Virus record (IMG/VR): IMGVR_UViG_3300027653_000043
Location: 1-29,120 of that record
Direction: 5' to 3' (one strand)
DNA: 29,120 nt
Source: a virus
Lineage: Duplodnaviria > Caudoviricetes
The notes beneath the pieces are model-generated. The model saw only the letters and a program-made list of their open reading frames with translations, made no database searches and was not told the origin of the DNA. A program made the translations under genes and the position numbers. Shown piece after piece: positions 21,179 to 29,120 of the stretch; position 1 is the stretch's first letter, and each line of letters opens with the position of its first letter.

Positions 21179-22788
21179 CAGGACTCCTCCTCCTTGGGGT
21201 CGTCGTCGCCGTCGAGTACCTGGTCGGTCTCGGCCTCGGCCTCGTCGGCGGCCTGCTCCTCGGGTGCGCTCACCTGGACGCTGACCTCGACCTGGCGGCG
21301 GTCGTGCTCGGCCATAGCCGCCGCGACGGCTTCGTAGATGTGCTCACCTTCGGCGTGGGCGAGGGTCTCGATCATCAGTTCGAGCTTGTCGGCCTTGGCC
21401 TCGGCGCGCTGTGCACGCTGGTCTGCCTCCTCGCGGGCGCGGCGAACTTGCAGGTAGGTGTACTGCTGCCAGGTGCTGGCCCGGTAGCCGTCCTTGCGGA
21501 TGTTCGGGAACTGCGTGGCGACGGTGGCCTCGGGGGCGATGCGCCGGTTCCAGATGCCGGTAGCGAGCCACGTGCGCCAGGCGACCTGCCGGATGCGCTG
21601 CCAGATCTGGTGGGAGCGCTGGGCGGAGCGGGCGAGTTGGTGGTTCTTCGTGGTGGCGTTGTTGTTCAGGTAGTCCAGGTCGCGGTGGCCCCAGGCGTCT
21701 TCGGCCATGTTGCGGAGCATCCTGTAGACCTGGCGTTCGTCCACGTCGGGGTTGGAGTAGGCCCAGATCTGCTGCGGTGTAGCCATGACGGCTTGTCCTT
21801 TCTCGGGGATGTGCTGGCGGTTGGTGCGCACCGGTTTGGAGCCGGGCCGGATGCCGTGCCGGTTGAAGTCAACACGTGGGTTGATGGTGTTGCCCTTACC
21901 GGCACCGCCGCCCTGGCTGCGGCCGGCCCAACGCTCGAAATGCAGGTGAGGCCCGGTGACGTTGCCGGTGGCGCCCATCGTGCCGATCTGGTCCCCGGCC
22001 TGGACCCGCTGGCCCTTGCGCACGCTGATGGTGTTCAGGTGACCGTAGAACTCGCTGCCGCCGCCAGGGCCGTCGATGATGATCGAGCGTCCGGTGTTCC
22101 ATGCCCCGGTGATGGGGTTGTTGCCAGTGCCAGTGTTGGCCTGGCGAACGGTGCCACCGTAAGCGGCGTAGATTGGAGTACCGGTGTTGTTGGCGATGTC
22201 GATGCCCCGGTGAAACCCGGCCTTGCCGGTGATGGGGTGGCGGCGACTGCCCCATTCGGAGGACACGCGCCCTTCGGCTGGGGAGACGAATGCTGGTCTG
22301 CTCACGGAACCTCCACTACTGCTGCCTGGGTCGGTGCTGGCCAGGAACGCCGCCCACCCGGACCGGCGCAGGTTGGCCGGGCAGTTCTTGCCCGACCAGT
22401 GGTTGTGCTGCACCACCCGCGACCGGGGAATGTTGTACTGCTGCCGCAGCTGGCGCACCACGGCGGCGGCGTTGGCCTTGGCCCGGTTGAAGTTGCCGTC
22501 GCTGTTGACGCAGATCTCGATGCCGATCGAGGACATGTTCCCGTGACCCGACCCGTCGCCTGCGTGCCAGCAGCGCACTGTGTCGGGGTAGGAGCGGATG
22601 GCTTGGGTGTCGTCCACTGTGATGTGCCAGGACGCGGAGAACCCATTAGATTGCAGGTTGGCGTGGGCCTGAGCGTTCGCGCCCCGGGCGGTGTTGGCCG
22701 TTTCGTGGATCGTGATGTAGCGGCGCGGGTTGGTCCCAGAGCTGGTGACTGCTCGCGATGAGACGAGCTGGTTACGGATCGTGACCAT
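21178..22788 (-). CDS. Endolysin: Amidase_2 + M23 peptidase + C-terminal domain (536 aa)
   Basis: GGAGGGG RBS, start MVTIRNQLV; amidase IHETAN/SWH/WHAGDG/HNHWSGKNCP; M23 HRGID and GPHLHFE. Confidence 0.94.
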   Translation of the reverse strand: MVTIRNQLVSSRAVTSSGTNPRRYITIHETANTARGANAQAHANLQSNGFSASWHITVDDTQAIRSYPDTVRCWHAGDGSGHGNMSSIGIEICVNSDGNFNRAKANAAAVVRQLRQQYNIPRSRVVQHNHWSGKNCPANLRRSGWAAFLASTDPGSSSGGSVSRPAFVSPAEGRVSSEWGSRRHPITGKAGFHRGIDIANNTGTPIYAAYGGTVRQANTGTGNNPITGAWNTGRSIIIDGPGGGSEFYGHLNTISVRKGQRVQAGDQIGTMGATGNVTGPHLHFERWAGRSQGGGAGKGNTINPRVDFNRHGIRPGSKPVRTNRQHIPEKGQAVMATPQQIWAYSNPDVDERQVYRMLRNMAEDAWGHRDLDYLNNNATTKNHQLARSAQRSHQIWQRIRQVAWRTWLATGIWNRRIAPEATVATQFPNIRKDGYRASTWQQYTYLQVRRAREEADQRAQRAEAKADKLELMIETLAHAEGEHIYEAVAAAMAEHDRRQVEVSVQVSAPEEQAADEAEAETDQVLDGDDDPKEEES

Positions 22789-22808
22789 CGGCCCCTCCGT
22801 TCTGGCAT

Positions 22809-22836
22809 AAAAGAAGCCCGCTCGGGTGGCGGGCTC
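22809..22836 (-). terminator. Intrinsic terminator upstream of endolysin
   Basis: GAGCCCGC-N7-GCGGGCTT followed by CTTTT. Confidence 0.7.
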
Positions 22837-22852
22837 AGTGGTGGCGGACGGG

Positions 22853-23152
22853 TCAGGCGTTCTCGTCCTGGTGGGTGGGGTCGGTGGGGAAGGTGTCCCG
22901 GTCGTTCGTGGCGCCGACGTAGGCCGCCCACAGGCGCGGATACCAGCGCCTGTAGGCGGCGACGATGCCCCAGGCCCGCTCGGCTGTCCGCTCGTGCTCG
23001 GCGGCGATCTCCTTCCACTGCGACAGGGTGGATTCTTCTTTGGCGGTTCGGCCGTCGCGGGCGTCTTTGATGAGCTTGCCGACGGCGGTGATGATGGCGA
23101 CCCCGGCCCCGCCGAGGACGACCATGATGATCTCAATTGCGTTTCCGCTCAC
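22853..23152 (-). CDS. Single-TM membrane protein (lysis region)
   Basis: GGAGG-like RBS with GTG; N-terminal TM, then helical domain. Confidence 0.8.
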   Translation of the reverse strand: MSGNAIEIIMVVLGGAGVAIITAVGKLIKDARDGRTAKEESTLSQWKEIAAEHERTAERAWGIVAAYRRWYPRLWAAYVGATNDRDTFPTDPTHQDENA

Positions 23153-23591
23153 CGGCCTCGCCCCCGTCAGATCGTGCTTCGGCTAGGGCGTCTTGGGCAG
23201 CCTGGGCCTCCTTGCTGTCTTGGTAGACGTCCTGTAGGCGAGCGACCAGGAAACCCAGTAGCACCGCGAGGACAACGGTGCCGCCGCCTCGGGTGTAGGT
23301 GATGGGGTGCTCCAGCATCAGCATCAGCTGGTTGCCGGTGAGGGTGAATGTGCCTGCGGCGAGGCAGGTGAGGCCGAGCAGGTCCACGGTGAGGTTGCGC
23401 CGCCACCAGGCCACGGCGGACACGATGCCGCCGGCGAGGAAGAAGGCGCCCCAGGTGCGGGCGGGCCAGGATGCCTCTAGTAGTTGGGTGGAGCTCATCG
23501 GCGGGAAGATGATGAAGAACAGCCCGGCGAGGGTGCCTGCGATGGACGCGAACAGGCGCGCTACCCGGCGGGGGCGGTGGCCGTTAGACAC
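23133..23591 (-). CDS. Four-TM membrane protein (holin-like, lysis region)
   Basis: Four hydrophobic segments and a charged C-terminus. Confidence 0.8.
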   Translation of the reverse strand: MSNGHRPRRVARLFASIAGTLAGLFFIIFPPMSSTQLLEASWPARTWGAFFLAGGIVSAVAWWRRNLTVDLLGLTCLAAGTFTLTGNQLMLMLEHPITYTRGGGTVVLAVLLGFLVARLQDVYQDSKEAQAAQDALAEARSDGGEAGERKRN

Positions 23592-23594
23592 GGG

Positions 23595-24053
23595 TCACCC
23601 TTGGGGTGTGTAGAGCGCGGGCACGGCATCAGGGGTCCAGCCCTCTTGTGTGGCATGGTCCTGGATTACGCGGTACACGGTGCCCTGATACTCGTACAGG
23701 TCCCCGGCGGTCACGTCGATACCTGGTTCCCACTGGGGCACGTCGTCGGGCAGGCCGGACTGCTGGGACCACCCCAGTGGATAGTCCGCCGGTGACACGG
23801 TGAGCCACGCGCCGGAGATGTTCTTCCATTCCTCGCCGTCCCAGGTCACGGTGGTGCCGGGGCCGTGGCCGAAGTGGGGCACGGGGTCGAACGGGACAGC
23901 GTCGGCGGTTTCCTGGGCCTGTTCGTAGGTGGCGTTCATCTGCGCGACGGCTTCTGGAATGGAATTCAGCCGGCGGCGGCGGTCGAGTTCTTCCTGGACG
24001 GCCTCCGCGAGCCGTTCCAGTTCACCAAACGGCATAGTTACCAGGTCAGGCAT
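23595..24053 (-). CDS. Tail-associated protein with CBM5/12-like module(s)
   Basis: C-terminal WEPG....GD...YQG..YRVIQDH..QEGW.PD.VPALY; GGAG RBS (alternative start 24068). Confidence 0.75.
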   Translation of the reverse strand: MPDLVTMPFGELERLAEAVQEELDRRRRLNSIPEAVAQMNATYEQAQETADAVPFDPVPHFGHGPGTTVTWDGEEWKNISGAWLTVSPADYPLGWSQQSGLPDDVPQWEPGIDVTAGDLYEYQGTVYRVIQDHATQEGWTPDAVPALYTPQG

Positions 24054-24064
24054 GACTTCTCCGT

Positions 24065-25285
24065 TCATCTGTAGCCCCACAGGGTGGCGGTGGAACCGGG
24101 GCGCCACTGCGAGGCTTGGCTAGTGGCGATCTGGAAGTGGGTGATTTCCTGGGTCGGTCCTGAGTAGCGCCCGCCTGTGAGGAATGTGAACATTTCGGCA
24201 GGGTTGCCCCCCATGTTCCCGGTGCCATAGGCGTGCCAAGAGACCATGTCCGCCCCGGTGTGAGGAATTAGGGTGATGGTGGCTGAGCCGCCGAGGAAGT
24301 TCCCGGTGAAAGCGGTTGCTGGGATGGTCGTGATGGACCCGATTATATTGGTGATTAGGTCTCTGGCCCAGGCCCTGCTGACAAAGCGGTAGTTCTCTTC
24401 CTGGTCTCCGTTGATGTGGACACAGACGCGGCGGAGGTCTCCTGCTACCTCCGCCCCGGCCATGAGCGTGATGGTGTAGTGGTCGAAAGCCCCCCGCAGC
24501 GCGGTGGGGATGGTCAGGTTCGTGCCCTGTTCGGAGCTGCCGGTCAGTTCGACCTCATCGAGGCGCACCACTGAGGACAGGCCACCTACATGCTCATCGA
24601 GGCCCTGGACCTGGTCGGCGGTCGGGGTCCAGTTGGAGCCCCGGTAGGGCAGTGCGGGGATGCGGGCGGCGTCCAGGGTGCCGGTGATGTCCCCGGCCGG
24701 GTGGTGGTGCGCCTCCGGGGGAAAAACATCCGGGTGGTCCAGTTCGTCCCACGTGATGCCACTGTCCCCAGTCTCGCCCTTGGGGCCTTGGATGCGGCCC
24801 GCGTTGGTCCACCCATCAGCGGCGGTGTGCACCCAGATGTCACCGTCGATGAGCCAAGCGTCTTCTGGGTTGGCCGGCTCGCCGGGAAGTTCACCGGCGT
24901 CATCCAGGGTGCCGAGAATGTGGATGCGGCCACCAGTGTTGATGAAGTTCTGGGTCTCAGCCCGCAGGGACTCCACGGCCTCCTGCGCGGCTTGCGCAGC
25001 CTGGGCGGAGCCCTCCGGGGAGAACAGGGGCACCCGCAGCCCGTTGTCAGCCAACCAGTCCAAGTAGTGGGAATCATCCAGGGAGAAGAACCCGGGCACC
25101 AGGGGTGCATCGGTGCCGACCTCCAGGCGTGAGGCAGGGATCACCTGCTCCCCGGCAGCGTCCTCGCTGATCTCGGCCGGGTCGGCGGTGCCCACATGCA
25201 CCACGGTCCCACCCTGACCAGGCAGAGACGGCTCAAACGTGCCATCGGCCAGTCGGGCCACCATCGGGAAATACTGGACAGCCAT
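24065..25285 (-). CDS. Tail fibre / receptor-binding minor tail protein (406 aa)
   Basis: AAGGAG RBS; W.NAG.IQGPKG collagen-like stub, FPPEAHHH..DI fibre repeat, beta-rich C-terminal head. Confidence 0.8.
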   Translation of the reverse strand: MAVQYFPMVARLADGTFEPSLPGQGGTVVHVGTADPAEISEDAAGEQVIPASRLEVGTDAPLVPGFFSLDDSHYLDWLADNGLRVPLFSPEGSAQAAQAAQEAVESLRAETQNFINTGGRIHILGTLDDAGELPGEPANPEDAWLIDGDIWVHTAADGWTNAGRIQGPKGETGDSGITWDELDHPDVFPPEAHHHPAGDITGTLDAARIPALPYRGSNWTPTADQVQGLDEHVGGLSSVVRLDEVELTGSSEQGTNLTIPTALRGAFDHYTITLMAGAEVAGDLRRVCVHINGDQEENYRFVSRAWARDLITNIIGSITTIPATAFTGNFLGGSATITLIPHTGADMVSWHAYGTGNMGGNPAEMFTFLTGGRYSGPTQEITHFQIATSQASQWRPGSTATLWGYR

Positions 25286-25293
25286 GGTGCTCC

Positions 25294-26235
25294 TTAGTAG
25301 AGGTTCCAACCGGTCTGGAAGTGCACGCTCACGCCCTGCGGCAACGTCCCGGACTCGGCGGTGGCGTACAGGCGCACATTGCCGTTCGTCTCAAACACCA
25401 CCGGGAAAATCCGGGACCGGTCGTGGTCCTGGAAGCTGGCGAGGCCGGTGGTCTCGATCTGCACCGGTGGGCGAATAGCGGACGGCAGCACATACATCAA
25501 CAGTTGCCGCTGGATGGGTGTGGATGGGTGGTAGGGCCTGGCGCGCACGTTCAGTGACTGGCCGGTGCGCCACCACACCAGGTCACGCTGGTACCCGTTG
25601 CGGGGGTTGACCTGCCCGGAGTCCTCAGTGGGGACCTCCCGCCAGGTGCCCACACCCTGGCTGGTCAGTACCCGGTGGTACTCCCGGCCCTCACTGACCA
25701 CGTACACCTTGGCGCCAGGTTTGGTCAGGAACGCCAAAGATTCGGGGTGGTGGACGATCATCCCGCCGGGGCTCACCCGTGGGGATAGGTGGTCAATGGT
25801 CCCGATCCGGGTGCCACCGGTCACCGATTGCAGCTGACACAGGGCCACCGGTTGCTCATCGACGGCGCCAGGTTCGGTGGCGCGGGAGGCGATGGCACGT
25901 GCGGTCCCGCCACGCAACGCGACGAACGTGGTCTCAGCGTTGGCCCAGTCGCGGCGGGCCACAACAGTGTCCCACCGGGTACCACTGTTCAGCGGCTCGA
26001 ACTGGACCGGTTCAGGTTCGGTGACCTCATCCTGCACGCCATGCCCACCACCGGTGCCGACACCTACGGTCACAGTCCGGTCCGCGCCGCTCACTGGTCG
26101 CACAGCCCAATCCGTGGTGCCACCAACCCAGTACTCAGCGCCCAAGTGGGAAGCCATACGCGCCCACTGGATCGCGTCAATGGACGCTGGCCGGTCGGGG
26201 GAGATGCGCGGATACCCTGCGCTGATGATCGCCAT
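25294..26235 (-). CDS. Minor tail protein
   Basis: VSGADRTVTV..G....HGV, RWDTVVARRDW, EQPVAL motifs; position after Tal-like gene. Confidence 0.85.
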   Translation of the reverse strand: MAIISAGYPRISPDRPASIDAIQWARMASHLGAEYWVGGTTDWAVRPVSGADRTVTVGVGTGGGHGVQDEVTEPEPVQFEPLNSGTRWDTVVARRDWANAETTFVALRGGTARAIASRATEPGAVDEQPVALCQLQSVTGGTRIGTIDHLSPRVSPGGMIVHHPESLAFLTKPGAKVYVVSEGREYHRVLTSQGVGTWREVPTEDSGQVNPRNGYQRDLVWWRTGQSLNVRARPYHPSTPIQRQLLMYVLPSAIRPPVQIETTGLASFQDHDRSRIFPVVFETNGNVRLYATAESGTLPQGVSVHFQTGWNLY

Positions 26236-26237
26236 AG

Positions 26238-27377
26238 TTACCTCACTGCCTCGTTTCTCCTGGCCCGACTCAAGGCCCGTACCTGCTTAATCAGCGGCCC
26301 CAGCGCTTGGGCCAGCGGGTCATCGCCAGACCCCACCACGGGGCGCACCCGAACACCCCCGTCGATAGTCAGCTCCGCTGCGGCGATCTGGGCGGGGATC
26401 GTCACATCCGGGCGCGGGGCCAGTGGCACGATGTCGCCCGGTTGCCAGTGCAGCCCGTAGGCGAATTCGTCCGTGGCCTCCAGCTCCAGGGCCAGGTCGT
26501 AAACCTCGGCGCCGTCGGCGATGGCCTCATCCATGCGGTCCTGAGTCTCGGCCTCAGCGTCCCCGTCGTCGTCCTCATCGTCGGACACGTCGCGGGCGTC
26601 GATGAAATGCTCGATGACACGCGGGCTGTTGCTCTCCCAGTCGGCCACGGTCGGCCCCCAGAATTGGCGGGCCTCAGCCTCACCCTGGGACCCGGCCACC
26701 ACACGGGTGATCGTGGGCTTGGTGCGCTTCCACGTGCCACCGGTCAGCACCCCGGACTCGGCATCCAGCGGGATCTCGTGCTCGGTGACCTCGTAGCAGT
26801 CCACCACCAGGCCCTGGCCCTCGACCAGGTCCACGGTGACGCCAACACCGGCAGCGATCAGTTTCGGTTGGAGCCGGTCGATCAGCGGGTGGAACCGCAG
26901 TTGCACCTGCACATCGCCGCCGCGCCCCTGGTCAGGTGCGACCGTGACCGGCAGCCCGAGCCGGTCAGCGTTCTGCTGCACAGCGGCTTTCAGCACCGTC
27001 TCCGCCGGGCCAGACTCGCGCCAATAGCCCACGTTCTGGCTGTCCAAGCCGTTGGCCGGGACGGGCCAGCCGAGGATGTCCCACAGCAGCGAGTCCAAGC
27101 CGACCAGCTCATAGGTCAGCGGCCCGCCCGGTGTGGTATCCCCAGCATCGGAAGCCACCCAGCCAGCCAGGAACGGTTCATCGTCCAGGACCACGACCAC
27201 GACCGCGCCGTCGCCGGTCAGGGCGTCACGTACGTCCCCGGTGCCGTCCATCGTGAATTCTGCCGTGCTGGTGCCGGTCAGGTGGCGGCGGGTGGCGGTC
27301 AGCGTCGCGGGCGCGTCAATGTGCCCCTGGTAGGCGAACTCGCGGTCGTAAACCTCCAGGTGCACCCGCGACAGCAT
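26238..27377 (-). CDS. Minor tail protein (Gp37-like / Tal-position hub)
   Basis: TGATG-coupled to Dit; SGPAETVLK..V..NA.RLG, TRVVAG.QGE, FIDARD, GDIV motifs. Confidence 0.87.
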   Translation of the reverse strand: MLSRVHLEVYDREFAYQGHIDAPATLTATRRHLTGTSTAEFTMDGTGDVRDALTGDGAVVVVVLDDEPFLAGWVASDAGDTTPGGPLTYELVGLDSLLWDILGWPVPANGLDSQNVGYWRESGPAETVLKAAVQQNADRLGLPVTVAPDQGRGGDVQVQLRFHPLIDRLQPKLIAAGVGVTVDLVEGQGLVVDCYEVTEHEIPLDAESGVLTGGTWKRTKPTITRVVAGSQGEAEARQFWGPTVADWESNSPRVIEHFIDARDVSDDEDDDGDAEAETQDRMDEAIADGAEVYDLALELEATDEFAYGLHWQPGDIVPLAPRPDVTIPAQIAAAELTIDGGVRVRPVVGSGDDPLAQALGPLIKQVRALSRARRNEAVR

Positions 27378-29120
27378 CAGTACGCCTCCGAATACAACGG
27401 TGTGATGGTGCAAGTCACCCGGCCATCGCCGACCATCTCCAGCGTCACCGGCACGGCCTCGCCGGGCGGGATCGGCGCCCACTCCCGGCGCGTCAAATCC
27501 GGGGTGCGGCGCTGCTCGTTCAGATACGCAGACTTGCCCCGTGGGCCGGGCCGGGAGTCCAGGGTCAGCACCAGCGGCTCACCGGTGGGCTGCCACACCT
27601 CGAACTTTAGGTATCGGTCGCTGGTCGCAGCCGGGATCACGCCCTCAAACGGCGTGCGGTACACCCCGCCGGGGGCGTCCACCACCAACTCACCAGCGCC
27701 GGTGGCCTGCACACCCACCTCCACCAGCGCGGGCACAAACACCGCCTGCCTAGACTGGCTGTAGTAGATGCCCTCACCGTCCCAGTGCTCCGGGCGCGGC
27801 GCCGTCAGCTGGAAACCGGACTCACCCTCGTCCCCGGCCCACTCCACGGTCAGATCCTCATCGTCGGCGTGCCCGGTGTGAGCATCGATGTAGGCGCCCC
27901 GGTACAGGGCCTGCGTGGTGGTCATCACCCGCACATACCGGCCATGACTCGCCGCTGGCAGGCGCGGGGTGCCGTTGATCGGCTGCCGGGTGATCGTGCC
28001 AGCGGTCAGATCACGCACCACCAGCGTGCCGCCCTCAGCGGGCTCACTGCCCGGCTCGGCGGCCACGCCCTCAGGCACGTACACCGCGTCCTCATCCTCG
28101 CTGTAGCGCACGCCCTCAGACCACCCGGCCGGGTGCAGTGCGGTGACCTCAGTGGCCGACTCGTGCGGCTCACCAGTCCAAGCCACCACCGTCTCCAGCT
28201 CCGGGTCGGCGTCCCCGTCCACGTACGGGCCGTCGTAGGCGCCGGGGGTGACCATGACCCGCACGTACCGGTCCTCATCTGCGGGAGGCAGTGTCACCGG
28301 GGCGGTGACCGTGTGGTAGGAGGCGTTCTCGGTCTCAGCATCGAACACTGCGAGTGTCGAGGTCTGGTCTAGTGCCTCGGTGGGCAGGTTCACACTCGCC
28401 CCGGCTGGCACGTGCACAGCGTCATGCTCGGCGGACCACCAGATGCCGGGGCCGTCCCACCCGACTGGTGCGAGCGGGTCAACCTCGGCTTCAGTGTCAG
28501 TGGGGCGGCCGCGGGGGTTAGTGACCAGGTTCTGAACCAACGTCTGACGCTCGTTGTTCCGCCCGCGTGGGTTACGCGCCAGGTTCTCACCCACCACCGA
28601 CCGGCCATCCGTGCTGCTGCCGTCACCATTCACGGCCACATCCACCGGCTGAGGTTGACGCACCTCAATCGGCGCCTGGACCACGCGCCCATCCACACCC
28701 ACAGTCACACTGTCGAAGTCGCCATCATCAGCCGTCCACACCGGCCACACCGGCTCATCGCTAGGGTTATGCACCGTCGCCTCACCCAGCAGCGCCGACT
28801 GCGACACATGGAACGGCGGGCTGCCGTCCGGGTCGAAGAAGTCCACCGGCTCCGCCTGCCGCCACGACCGGGAGATCGCGTCACCCTCCCAGAACGGGCG
28901 CTCATCAGCCACGAAATGCAGGTTCATCAGCTTCCACCCGCGCTGACGGTGGTCCAGAGTCGCGGTCGGGTTACCCGAGTCCACGTACCGCATGTGCAGC
29001 GTGCGGCCCTCACCAGACTCCGGGTGCTCCACCCGCCACCGGATCACATGACGCGGACTCAGCCACCGCTTGAAGGCGCGGTACCGCTCGGTCCACGCCG
29101 CGCTGCCGTCATCGTGGTAC
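27377..29120 (-). CDS. Distal tail (Dit-like) protein with large insertion; 5' end outside window
   Basis: Frame open to window end (YHDDGSAAWTERYRAFKRWL...); PFWEG, NPSDEPVWPVW and APIPPG motifs. Confidence 0.85.
   Translation of the reverse strand, partial: YHDDGSAAWTERYRAFKRWLSPRHVIRWRVEHPESGEGRTLHMRYVDSGNPTATLDHRQRGWKLMNLHFVADERPFWEGDAISRSWRQAEPVDFFDPDGSPPFHVSQSALLGEATVHNPSDEPVWPVWTADDGDFDSVTVGVDGRVVQAPIEVRQPQPVDVAVNGDGSSTDGRSVVGENLARNPRGRNNERQTLVQNLVTNPRGRPTDTEAEVDPLAPVGWDGPGIWWSAEHDAVHVPAGASVNLPTEALDQTSTLAVFDAETENASYHTVTAPVTLPPADEDRYVRVMVTPGAYDGPYVDGDADPELETVVAWTGEPHESATEVTALHPAGWSEGVRYSEDEDAVYVPEGVAAEPGSEPAEGGTLVVRDLTAGTITRQPINGTPRLPAASHGRYVRVMTTTQALYRGAYIDAHTGHADDEDLTVEWAGDEGESGFQLTAPRPEHWDGEGIYYSQSRQAVFVPALVEVGVQATGAGELVVDAPGGVYRTPFEGVIPAATSDRYLKFEVWQPTGEPLVLTLDSRPGPRGKSAYLNEQRRTPDLTRREWAPIPPGEAVPVTLEMVGDGRVTCTITPLYSEAY

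Larger units (their letters stand above)
1..29120 (-). mobile_element. Temperate actinobacteriophage genome segment (siphovirus-like, probably circular/excised form)
   Basis: Continuous phage gene set: capsid, portal, terminase, RecET, repressor/Cro, tyrosine integrase, attP, endolysin, tail-tip genes. No host housekeeping genes; high GC. Confidence 0.97.

Noticed and set aside
21169-22761. 530 aa plus-strand ORF
   Set aside because: Exactly antisense to the endolysin; no RBS or domain signal.
22789-23136. 116 aa N-terminal extension of the endolysin in the ORF track
   Set aside because: Overlaps a membrane gene and a terminator; good RBS at 22788. Similar over-extended starts were trimmed for capsid, terS and many early genes.
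26307-27764. 485 aa plus-strand ORF (likewise 10729-11655)
   Set aside because: Antisense shadows of well-supported minus-strand genes.

Overview
The whole window is a high-GC temperate actinobacteriophage (siphovirus-type gene set), with almost all genes on the minus strand. Read right to left, it carries: tail-tip genes (Dit-like, minor tail, tail fibre); a lysis cassette (amidase+M23 endolysin, holin-like proteins); an intact attP whose core is the 3' part of a tRNA-Pro(GGG); a tyrosine integrase; a divergent repressor/Cro switch; an early operon (Xis-like HTH, RecE/RecT, many small accessory genes, HNH, replication initiator with probable origin, RuvC-like resolvase, late-regulator-like genes); and then HNH, a probable cos region, terminase, portal, MuF-like protein, scaffold and major capsid. 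An intact attP plus continuity across the packaging region suggests a circular or excised phage rather than an integrated prophage. Most notable: (1) accessory genes downstream of RecET built from variable peptide modules between near-identical 20-45 bp repeats, plus a recurring gene-junction motif; (2) a P-loop NTPase fused in frame to the capsid scaffold, which keeps its own internal RBS; (3) a Dit with three apparently nested inserted modules; (4) an internal translation start in the endolysin; (5) a duplicated ~75 nt hairpin-plus-RBS intergenic element. All product calls come from motif recognition and synteny; no database searches were run.
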